The position numbers and the translations under genes were made by a program. Shown here piece by piece: positions 18,520-25,453 of a stretch of DNA of 33,820 nucleotides. Each line of letters begins with the position of its first letter. Within the stretch, counting starts at the first letter, position 1. Location: IMG/VR virus record IMGVR_UViG_3300044475_000089, positions 1 through 33,820 of that record; one strand, written 5' to 3'. The notes under the pieces were generated by a model. That model searched no databases. It was not told where the DNA came from and saw only the letters and a list, made by a program, of their open reading frames with translations. The stretch is from a virus. Lineage: Duplodnaviria > Caudoviricetes.

Positions 18520-18581
18520 TTTTTCTTCCTGATGCAATTAGAGGCAAGGTGCCATCCTACATTTCACCAGAAAGAAAAAGC

Positions 18582-18611
18582 AAAAAGCCCGACACAGATG
18601 GCCGGGCTTTT
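18582..18611 (-). terminator. tR'-like terminator of the late leader
   Basis: Minus strand AAAAGCCCGGC-CATCTGT-GTCGGGCTTTTT followed by a further T tract. Confidence 0.75.
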
Positions 18612-18653
18612 GCGATCACTCCTCAACACGCGCAGGAATGACAGGATGGCGAT

Positions 18654-18682
18654 AATTTCTCTCACTCTCTCACCGATGTCAA
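18654..18682 (-). promoter_or_regulatory. pR'-like late promoter
   Basis: TTGACA (18682-18677), 17 bp spacer, GAAATT (18659-18654), immediately after the putative late regulator and about 40 nt before a terminator; lambda pR' has the same layout. Confidence 0.65.
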
Positions 18683-18689
18683 CAGGCAA

Positions 18690-19376
18690 TTACGCTGCTT
18701 CTTTGATGAGCAATCCCTCGGCCTCCAGAATCGCCCGCACTTCGATCAGCGCGTCATCAACCATGCCATCCAGTTTCTCCTTGATCCCGGACCGCCACCG
18801 ATAGCGGGTTGGCTCCGGTGTGCCGTCCAGATCCCAGGTGTTCATGTCGTAGAAGCTGTCAGGCAGGACGATCAGATCTTCGGCAAGCGCCTCCGCTTTC
18901 TTCCGCTCAGCCTGACCAGCTGCCAGCGCAGCATCGACCAGGTTGTTACGACGCCACTCTGGGGCATCCAGCGGAATGTCCACCGATACGGAGCGCGGCC
19001 CTTTCCGGCGGGCTCCTTTCAACTTCGGCACAGCCCAAGCCGTGACCGCCTTGTAGATGAACAGCTGCGGTGCTGGGCTGGCGATCAGTGGCGCAATGGC
19101 CGAGATGCCCTGCAGTTTCTTGCCCTTGTTGGTGGCGTACTTGGCGTTCAGCGCCTGCCAGTGCCGGGGGACCAACAGATGATGCAGCCGAGCGGATAGC
19201 CAGTAGTCCACCTGGGCCCGATCAAAACCTCCCGACTGCCCGCCGAGCGAAGCCAGGCAACCACCTTCCTCCTCTGCCGCCTTGTAGAGTTTCTGCCAGG
19301 CCTGCCCCTTCGCGGCGCCTTTCTCCCCAGCCGCCAGAGCGGCCACCACTGCACCCGATACGCTGTTGTAGATCAT
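18690..19376 (-). CDS. Putative late-gene regulator / antiterminator (Q position)
   Basis: 228 aa from ATG 19376; last gene of the early-right operon, before a promoter-terminator pair; function inferred from position only. Confidence 0.6.
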   Translation of the reverse strand: MIYNSVSGAVVAALAAGEKGAAKGQAWQKLYKAAEEEGGCLASLGGQSGGFDRAQVDYWLSARLHHLLVPRHWQALNAKYATNKGKKLQGISAIAPLIASPAPQLFIYKAVTAWAVPKLKGARRKGPRSVSVDIPLDAPEWRRNNLVDAALAAGQAERKKAEALAEDLIVLPDSFYDMNTWDLDGTPEPTRYRWRSGIKEKLDGMVDDALIEVRAILEAEGLLIKEAA

Positions 19377-19387
19377 GTCCTTCCCCC

Positions 19388-19708
19388 TCAATCACCCGTG
19401 TAGTTGCTGCCACCGGCGCCCAGCCGGTTGCCTTCCTGATACACCGCCTCCGGGCCAATCGCCCGTGGCTTCTTCAACTGCTCGATCTGCCGTGTCGCGA
19501 CCTGGAGCCTCATGCTGAGCTGGGTCACCAGCTCATCCAGGGCCAAGGCCTCGCCAGTTGCAGCCGCTACCCAGCCCGAGGCGTTGCAGTGGTCGCATGG
19601 CAGCTCGTGAAACACACCCTGAGTGACCGCTCTCCCACGGCACAAAGGGCACTGAGCCAGCTCGATCACAGCCTTTTTGAAGGCCGGGCCGTGGCTCCTT
19701 TTCAGCAT
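19388..19708 (-). CDS. Zinc-finger protein (CxxCxG...CxxC) with coiled coil
   Basis: 'CPLCRGR...CDHCNASG'; overlaps the recombinase stop. Confidence 0.75.
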   Translation of the reverse strand: MLKRSHGPAFKKAVIELAQCPLCRGRAVTQGVFHELPCDHCNASGWVAAATGEALALDELVTQLSMRLQVATRQIEQLKKPRAIGPEAVYQEGNRLGAGGSNYTGD

Positions 19709-21003
19709 TTTGAATCCTCGCTAATTACAAATTCGGCAAGGTCGCTGGACGCCTTGTGTTCCGCTGGCTGGGCCGAATTCTGTGAAATTCCGGATAAGGC
19801 CTTGGTAAGGCCGTGAATGGCACCGAAGCCGATGCCGTCTAACCAGGCGTGCCACTTCTCCAGGGCGGCCCGGCGTTGCTGCATGGCCTGGGTGTGGATG
19901 TAGGTGCTGGCGATCTTCCCCAGCGTGTGGTTCAGCAGCATCTCGCCGATGTGGCCGTCGATACCGATGTCGGTCCAGGTGGTGCGGGACACCTTGCGCA
20001 GGTCGTGGCTGCTCCACTCGCCCTGCCCCAGGCGGGTGAACACCATGCTCGCCTGGGTTTCGCTCAGCGGCAGCCCGCGGCGGTTCGGGAACAGGTACAC
20101 GCCCTCATAGCCCCGGGCCTGCTGGATCGTCCGGTACCGGGTCAGCAGCGACGCCACCTGGGCGGTCAGTGGCAGTCGGTGCTCGGTACGGGTCTTGGTG
20201 TTGGCCGCCGGGATGAACCACTCGGCAGCGGCCAGGGAGATCTCGCTCCAGCGCGCCATGCGGGTCTCGCCGATGCGGGTGCCGTGGGCCAGCATCATCA
20301 GGGCCAGCATGGCGTCGCCGGGCTGCTGCTCGAAGGCCTGGGCCAGCTGCTGCACCAGCTCGGGCAGTTGCACGCCGCGCAGCCGGGCTGCCTTGGGCAG
20401 GATCCGGGCCTTGGTGAAGTCGTTGAAGCGCATCCCGGCCATCGGGTTGCGGTCGATCAGCCCCAGCTGCAGGGCCTGGCGGAAGGCGGTCAGCAGCAGC
20501 GCGAACATCTGCCGCAGGTAGGACAGCGACACTTCGGCCTGGCACGGCCACATCAGGTGCTTGTCCAGCGTGTCGGCGTTCACATCGACGATGGCCAGGT
20601 CATCCAGGCGCGGCTTCAGGTGCTGGGCAATGGCAGACCGAGCGCCGGCCTTGCGCTTTGCCGACAGCGAGCGGTCACGCGCCATGCGGTCGCCGTACCA
20701 GTCCAGCAGCTGGCCCACGGTGACCATGCCCGACGCCACCGGTGCGGTGGACGGGTCGCGCAGCAGGCGTTGGCGCAGCGCGGGCAATTCGGCGATCACC
20801 GCCGCCACGGTCAGGTCAGGCCAGCGCGCTACCGGCACCCACTTCTTGCCGCGCACCAGGTGCCAGGTGCCGCGTTCGCGGTTGCTCCAGAAACGCAGGT
20901 ACAGGCCGGGGTGACGCGGGTCGCGCAGGTCGCGCACCGACTTGTCGGCGGCCTGCCGGCGCACCTCCGCTTCGCTCAGTTTCACTTCCCGGGTCGCACT
21001 CAT
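19702..21003 (-). CDS. Second tyrosine recombinase / integrase-like protein in the nin region
   Basis: Start re-called at ATG 21003 (ATGA overlap); N-terminal arm-binding-like 'RDPRHPGLYLR'; catalytic R (GTRIGE), K (NTKT), HxxR (HDLR), H (LNH) and Y (STYIH) all present. Confidence 0.9.
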   Translation of the reverse strand: MSATREVKLSEAEVRRQAADKSVRDLRDPRHPGLYLRFWSNRERGTWHLVRGKKWVPVARWPDLTVAAVIAELPALRQRLLRDPSTAPVASGMVTVGQLLDWYGDRMARDRSLSAKRKAGARSAIAQHLKPRLDDLAIVDVNADTLDKHLMWPCQAEVSLSYLRQMFALLLTAFRQALQLGLIDRNPMAGMRFNDFTKARILPKAARLRGVQLPELVQQLAQAFEQQPGDAMLALMMLAHGTRIGETRMARWSEISLAAAEWFIPAANTKTRTEHRLPLTAQVASLLTRYRTIQQARGYEGVYLFPNRRGLPLSETQASMVFTRLGQGEWSSHDLRKVSRTTWTDIGIDGHIGEMLLNHTLGKIASTYIHTQAMQQRRAALEKWHAWLDGIGFGAIHGLTKALSGISQNSAQPAEHKASSDLAEFVISEDSKC

Positions 21004-21428
21004 GCGGCCACCGTGGCAGGCAGCAGCAGGTAGGCGCGGATGGCTTCGACCGCGTCGATATTGCCCCGGCACACGATGGCCAGGTAGCCCTGGGCGGCCA
21101 GGGCTTGCAGGTAGGCGTCCTGGCTCGGCGATACCGGCGCGTCGAACGGCGGCATGGCCTTGAACTCGATGTACAGGCCGAAGTAGCCGCCGCGCGCCAT
21201 GGGCAGCACCAGGTCGGGCACGCCGGCCTTCACGCCCTGCCCCTTCAGCTTGGCGGCCACGGCCTTGACCCGGTGCCCGCCGTTCGGCACGTGGTAGATC
21301 AGCTTGTAGGCGTGCGGGTAGCGCAGCTGCAGCTCCTGCATCAGCGCGGCCTGTTCCTGCCCTTCCCGGTCGACGGGCCTGGCGCGGGCCGGCTTGGCCT
21401 TGAACGGGCGAAGGGCGAGAGCATTCAT
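21000..21428 (-). CDS. VRR-NUC domain nuclease
   Basis: 'EGQEQ...YHVPNGG...GVKAGVPDL...LYIEFK...SQ' PD-(D/E)xK motif. Confidence 0.9.
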   Translation of the reverse strand: MNALALRPFKAKPARARPVDREGQEQAALMQELQLRYPHAYKLIYHVPNGGHRVKAVAAKLKGQGVKAGVPDLVLPMARGGYFGLYIEFKAMPPFDAPVSPSQDAYLQALAAQGYLAIVCRGNIDAVEAIRAYLLLPATVAA

Positions 21429-21721
21429 GCGATCAGCACCCCCTCGTTCAGCAGCAGCGCCTGGGTGCGCATGACGCCCTCAGCGTGGTACTGGCGGGCA
21501 GTCTCGCGATCCACGGCTTTGCTGCGCCCGTCGCACGCGTCATGACAGGCACTGCAGCACCAGGCGCCCTGTATGTCGTGCGGCTTCTTGCCGACACCGC
21601 AGGTACCGGCCAGCCGGTAGTGCGCCAGGACGGTGGTCTCTGGATTGCCGTTGCACACGCCCGGAATGCGCACCTGGCACTCCCGGCCGCGCGCGGCCTT
21701 GGTCAGCTTGGTTTGCCGCAT
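21425..21721 (-). CDS. DUF1364 / YbcO-like zinc-binding putative nuclease
   Basis: Start re-called at 21721; 'ARGRECQVRIPGVCNGNPETTVLAHYR...KPHD...CSACHD'. Confidence 0.88.
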   Translation of the reverse strand: MRQTKLTKAARGRECQVRIPGVCNGNPETTVLAHYRLAGTCGVGKKPHDIQGAWCCSACHDACDGRSKAVDRETARQYHAEGVMRTQALLLNEGVLIA

Positions 21722-21723
21722 GG

Positions 21724-22536
21724 TCAGAACTCCTCCTTGCCACGGTGAGATTCCCACTCGAAAGGCACCACCACCCCGCCGCCCTCACGCAGGCGGTCGT
21801 AACACCGCTCGCCCATGGCGTGGCGCAGCTGGCTGGCCTCCAGGTTGGAAATCACCACCGTGGGGCGCATTTGCTCGTAGCGCCCGTTGATGATCGAAAA
21901 CAGGGTGGTCAGCTCGAATTCGCTCGGCTGCTCCTTGCTCACCCCGACCTCGTCCAGCACTAGCAGCGAAGGTTCGATCAGGCTGGACAGGATGTCGGCT
22001 TCGGTCTGTTCGCTGTGACGGTCGTACCTGGCGCGGATGGATTGCAGGACGGCGCCCACCGTCCGGTACACGGCCGTTGCCGAGGTGTTGCGCATCAGCT
22101 CGTTGGCCATGCCCGCGCCCAGGTGCGTCTTGCCGGTACCGACCTTGCCCAGCAGCATCAGGCAGCGCCCAGTGCGCTCGATTTCCGAGAAAGCCGCCAC
22201 GTAGCGAGTGCAGTAGGCCAGGGCCTTGCGCTGACCTTCGTGTTCGACGCGGTAATTGGCCAAGGTGCGGTCGGCGAAGCGCTTGGGGATCAGCGCCGAA
22301 CCCAGCTTGCGGGTCATCGCCTCACGTTTCAGGCGGGTATCCTCCGCCAGCTGCTTGGCTTCGCGCTCGGCAACGGCCGCTTTCTCGCACACAGGGCAGC
22401 GCCCAACGATTTCGCGGCCCATCAGCATGGTCACACGTTGCTCGAAGTCGCCGTGATGCTCGCAGTGCGCGGGCTGGACGCGGAAACCCGCGGCGTTTCG
22501 CACCTCGGACATGGTGATCACCGATTCAGATCGCAT
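21724..22536 (-). CDS. DnaC/IstB-like AAA+ helicase loader
   Basis: Zn motif CEHH...CPVC, Walker A 'GKVGTGKTHL', Walker B 'LLVLDEVG', 'ISNL', 'DRLRE'; follows the initiator gene. Start may be 22512. Confidence 0.92.
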   Translation of the reverse strand: MRSESVITMSEVRNAAGFRVQPAHCEHHGDFEQRVTMLMGREIVGRCPVCEKAAVAEREAKQLAEDTRLKREAMTRKLGSALIPKRFADRTLANYRVEHEGQRKALAYCTRYVAAFSEIERTGRCLMLLGKVGTGKTHLGAGMANELMRNTSATAVYRTVGAVLQSIRARYDRHSEQTEADILSSLIEPSLLVLDEVGVSKEQPSEFELTTLFSIINGRYEQMRPTVVISNLEASQLRHAMGERCYDRLREGGGVVVPFEWESHRGKEEF

Positions 22537-23383
22537 AAGTGCCGTCCTCTCGAGCGGCCAGGCCGGCGGTGTAGTCGCGGTCGTCGAAGCCGTGGTGACG
22601 GCTGTGCGGTTTGGTCTGGGCAGGCAACTGTGTGCTGATGCGCTTGGTTACCCACTCCACCTCGAAGCCGCGCCATCCGTTCTCGACGGCGACTTCCAGG
22701 GCTTGGGCTGGCTGGATGCCGAAGGCCTTGCACTGCTCCAGTTTGACGTTCAGCCCCGCCCAAATCCGGGCGGTCACTGGGGCCTTGGCAGCCTTGCGGA
22801 CAGTCAGGTAGTCAGCGATCAGCGATTCATCCAGGCCGTGAGGGTTTTCAGCCAGCATGGCGGCCTTCCCGAACGGTGCTTTGCGGTCAGCTTTGGCCGG
22901 AGCCGGCTGCTCATCACTGGGGGGGCATGTATTTTCTTCCGAAGGAAGAAATACATAGGGGGTTAGATTCTTAGAATAAAGAAGGGAGTCGGCGGTTTTG
23001 GTCTGTTTCGACTCATCGCCGATTCGGACCACTTCAGCCGAGTCGGCTGTTTTGGTCTGTTTCGGCTCAATGACGTAGACCCAGTCTTTCGGGTCATTCA
23101 CGCCGATATCGCCCCGTGCACCGCCCTCACGGAACAACACGCGACGGCGCAGCAGGCTGGAAACCGCCTTGGACACGGTGTCAGGGTGAGCGTGGATGGC
23201 TTTCGCGATGTCGGTCGCCGGGATGCGTTGAGCGCCCGCACCGTAGTTGATGGTGGCCTTGGCCACGTACAGCACAATCTTAATCTCCCGGGCCGGGAGA
23301 TCGATAGCCAGCAGGCCATCCATGAGCTGGTTGTCCATCCGGGTAAACCCCCTGGACTTGTCAAGTGGGACGATGTTTGTCAT
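22526..23383 (-). CDS. Phage replication initiator (lambda O-like N-terminus)
   Basis: 'GFTRMDNQLMDGL' O-type N-terminal domain; internal iterons; C-terminal 'AVENGWRGF'. Confidence 0.9.
   Translation of the reverse strand: MTNIVPLDKSRGFTRMDNQLMDGLLAIDLPAREIKIVLYVAKATINYGAGAQRIPATDIAKAIHAHPDTVSKAVSSLLRRRVLFREGGARGDIGVNDPKDWVYVIEPKQTKTADSAEVVRIGDESKQTKTADSLLYSKNLTPYVFLPSEENTCPPSDEQPAPAKADRKAPFGKAAMLAENPHGLDESLIADYLTVRKAAKAPVTARIWAGLNVKLEQCKAFGIQPAQALEVAVENGWRGFEVEWVTKRISTQLPAQTKPHSRHHGFDDRDYTAGLAAREDGTYAI
22927..23069. repeat. Putative replication origin: iterons plus AT-rich palindrome
   Basis: 30-bp direct repeat GAGTCGGC(G/T)GTTTTGGTCTGTTTCG(A/G)CTCA at 22986-23015 and 23040-23069; adjacent inverted repeat ATGTATTTTCTTCC-GAA-GGAAGAAATACAT (22927-22956) and an AT-rich stretch. 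Confidence 0.75.
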
Positions 23384-23410
23384 GCTTCAACTCGTGTCAA
23401 GTTGTAGAGA

Positions 23411-23437
23411 AAGCCGCCCTGCCAGGCGGTTTTTTTT
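23411..23437 (+). terminator. Terminator hairpin between cro and the initiator gene (strong T tract on the antisense + strand)
   Basis: GCCGCC-CTGCCA-GGCGGT followed by a T run on +; weaker TTTCTC tail on the minus strand. Confidence 0.6.
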
Positions 23438-23454
23438 CGTCTGCGATTCCAGTA

Positions 23455-23470
23455 CTGGATGGATTCGCAG
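23455..23470. promoter_or_regulatory. LexA (SOS) box-like site
   Basis: CTGGATGGATTCGCAG fits CTG-N10-CAG but with a non-ideal spacer; intergenic. Confidence 0.45.
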
Positions 23471-23541
23471 GTGTTTCAGCCATCTACTGGCGCAATGCCA
23501 GATCTCACATAATCACCACCATCAGATGGCGAACTTCTTCG

Positions 23542-23736
23542 TCAGGCAGCAGATCGCTGGGATGGAAAAGGCCTCCGCTCGACAGCTGAATAACCACCGT
23601 CTGGAAGTTCGAAGACGCTGATATCTCGCTTTGCGAGAAGCGCTTTGTGAATGGCAGGAGCCGTGACGCGCAGAAGCCTGGCCGCTTCGGACTGCCCTTT
23701 TTCAGCAACGAATTTGTCGAGGGGGGTCTCGCTCAT
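23542..23736 (-). CDS. cro: Cro repressor
   Basis: Start re-called at 23736 (GAGG RBS); MSETPLDKFVAEKGQSEAARLLRVTAPAIHKAL...RPFPS aligns by eye with lambda Cro ([20 protein letters not shown]...KPFPS). Confidence 0.92.
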   Translation of the reverse strand: MSETPLDKFVAEKGQSEAARLLRVTAPAIHKALLAKRDISVFELPDGGYSAVERRPFPSQRSAA

Positions 23737-23764
23737 GATCAGGCCTCGGTTGTTCACACCCCGG

Positions 23765-23793
23765 ATATTAACCATCGGTTGATTATCTGTCCA
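23765..23793 (-). promoter_or_regulatory. pR promoter
   Basis: TGGACA (23793-23788), 17 bp spacer, TAATAT (23770-23765), overlapped by operators. Confidence 0.75.
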
Positions 23794-23831
23794 TACCGAT
23801 GGTTTCTCCCCTTTCTTTAACCATTGGTATA
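23768..23831. promoter_or_regulatory. Right operator, three sites (OR1-OR3)
   Basis: TTAACCATCGGTTGA (23768-23782), ATACCGATGGTTT (23793-23805), TTAACCATTGGTATA (23817-23831); centres 24 and 25 bp apart. Confidence 0.88.
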
Positions 23832-23841
23832 TGTTCGCGCC

Positions 23842-24723
23842 ATGACCAAGAAACGAATCCTCCCTCCCGACCGCCTGGCTGAATGCGAAGCGGCACACGC
23901 GCTTTTCCTCGCTCGCAAGAACGAGCTGAAGCTCAGTCAGAAGAAAATCGCGGACGAGGCCGGCATCACACCAGCTGCGGTAAACCTCTATTTCAAGGGT
24001 CTCAACCCACTAAATGCGAAGTTCGCGGCGGTGCTGGCCAGACTTTTGGAGGTTCCTGTCGAACAGTTCAGCCCGCGGCTGGCGGACGAGATTCGGTCTC
24101 TGCGCTCGCTTCCGACCGGTGATCAGGAGCACAAGAAAGGCGCAGCAGAAAAGGTAATGGCGATGCTGAAAAAGCACGCGGGCAAGACGCTGGACGAGGA
24201 CGCCCAGCAGAAGATCGCGGCCGCAGTTGCAGACTCCCTGGTCGAAGAACGCCCAAGCAATGTCGTATCTGCGGATTTCTCAGGTCTGAAAGTGAAGAAG
24301 GACGAGATCTTCATCCCACAGTACGACATTCGGGCCTCAATGGGCCACGGCCAGGTCCCGCCCGACTACACCGAGGTCATGCGGAATGTGATCGTCAAAG
24401 AGTCGGTGCTGCACGAGAAAGGCGTCACCTACACCTCCCAATCCGCGCTGGCCATGATTTTCGGCTGGGGCCAGAGCATGGAAGGTACGATCAACGACAA
24501 AGACCCACTGATCGTTGACCGCGGGGTCAATGAGTTCGTGGGCGATGGCATCTACGTGCTGACCTGGCACGGCCACCTCTACATCAAGCGCCTGCAGTTC
24601 TTCGACGAGGACCACTTCTGGCTGATCTCGGACAACCCGAAGCACAAGGACCAGCAGGCCAGGATCGAGGACGTCACAATCCACGCGAAGGTCCTGTTGA
24701 TCTGGAATGCCAAGAAAGCCTGA
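23842..24723 (+). CDS. cI: CI-like repressor (HTH plus S24 autocleavage peptidase)
   Basis: HTH 'LSQKKIADEAGITPAAVNLYFKG'; cleavage loop 'ASMGHG', catalytic Ser 'GQSMEGTI' and Lys 'YIKRLQ'; divergent from cro. Confidence 0.95.
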   Translation: MTKKRILPPDRLAECEAAHALFLARKNELKLSQKKIADEAGITPAAVNLYFKGLNPLNAKFAAVLARLLEVPVEQFSPRLADEIRSLRSLPTGDQEHKKGAAEKVMAMLKKHAGKTLDEDAQQKIAAAVADSLVEERPSNVVSADFSGLKVKKDEIFIPQYDIRASMGHGQVPPDYTEVMRNVIVKESVLHEKGVTYTSQSALAMIFGWGQSMEGTINDKDPLIVDRGVNEFVGDGIYVLTWHGHLYIKRLQFFDEDHFWLISDNPKHKDQQARIEDVTIHAKVLLIWNAKKA

Positions 24724-24725
24724 AT

Positions 24726-24754
24726 GAGCCCGCCTAGAACGGGCTCTTTCTTTT
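24726..24754 (+). terminator. cI terminator
   Basis: GAGCCCG-CCTAGAA-CGGGCTC followed by TTTCTTTT. Confidence 0.75.
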
Positions 24755-25071
24755 CAGAATGGTGCTTCTACCTCTAGGGCCTCGAGCTCCTCAATAGGAG
24801 CCTGGCGGTCCTCATCGCTCTGCATTTCCCACTCGATTTTCACCCCACCCTCTTCCAGTTCGGTGACTTCCAGACCATCCGTCTCGCCCAGGATGCGCAT
24901 AATCTCGTCCCACTCCGCGTCACCATCCGTGTCCAAGCGATGAATGGCCACCCAGCGCTGCTCCTGCGCTTTCGGGTGGTTAATCATGTTCGATACCCTC
25001 AGGCCCAGCCGCTCTAGAGCGGTCATTCCCTGGCGCTGCTGCGTTGGCGCCGTTTTGTTCTGCTTGGCCAT
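24754..25071 (-). CDS. DUF1654-like protein, probably SOS-regulated
   Basis: 105 aa, perfect AAGGAGGT RBS; 'ERLGLRVSNMINHPKAQEQRWVAIHRLDTD...W' resembles the Pseudomonas DUF1654 family. Confidence 0.75.
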   Translation of the reverse strand: MAKQNKTAPTQQRQGMTALERLGLRVSNMINHPKAQEQRWVAIHRLDTDGDAEWDEIMRILGETDGLEVTELEEGGVKIEWEMQSDEDRQAPIEELEALEVEAPF

Positions 25072-25087
25072 GACACCTCCTTTCTAA

Positions 25088-25103
25088 CTGTATATGCATC
25101 CAG
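25088..25103. promoter_or_regulatory. LexA (SOS) box
   Basis: CTGTATATGCATCCAG, close to CTGT-N8-ACAG; lies between a minus-strand TATGAT -10 (25117-25112) and the RBS of 24754..25071. Confidence 0.8.
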
Positions 25104-25139
25104 TAATTCGGATCATAGCGTACGGCCATACAAAATAAA

Positions 25140-25182
25140 TTAACCATCGGTATTGACGAAAAATATATACCGATGGTTAACT
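25140..25182 (+). promoter_or_regulatory. Left operator (two sites) and pL promoter
   Basis: Perfect 14-bp inverted pair TTAACCATCGGTAT (25140-25153) / ATACCGATGGTTAA (25167-25180), same motif as OR; TTGACG (25153-25158), 18 bp spacer, TTAACT -10 preceded by an extended TG. Confidence 0.85.
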
Positions 25183-25232
25183 GCATCCATCGCGGTCACT
25201 CACGGGGGACTGCAGAGGCCCTCACCGGCCAC

Positions 25233-25245
25233 CGCTCTTTACACA
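25233..25245 (+). promoter_or_regulatory. boxA antitermination element (nutL-like)
   Basis: CGCTCTTTACACA, about 45 nt downstream of pL; matches the CGCTCTTTA boxA consensus. Confidence 0.7.
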
Positions 25246-25453
25246 ATTCGATACCCGTCACCCTCAGCGGCACATGAGGGCAGCAGCTGCCTCATGCAGT
25301 GAGCTGGGTTCAGGTAACCAAGTGGCGCGCATGCCAATGCGGGGAAGCGCGTAGCCCAGAGAGCGATGGGCGCCTGGATCACTTCGATTTCACTGGCTGG
25401 CCTTGGCGACAGGGCCAGACGGGAAATCACCGTCCCAACGGAAGTGAATTGCA

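Noticed and set aside
21724-22536. IstB-like ATPase as part of an IS21 element
   Set aside because: No IstA transposase or terminal inverted repeats; the position after the initiator gene indicates a DnaC-like helicase loader.
23397-23483. 28-codon minus-strand ORF (MAETPANPSSTGIADEKKPPGRAAFSTT) as cII
   Set aside because: Too short, no RBS, no HTH; it overlaps the hairpins.
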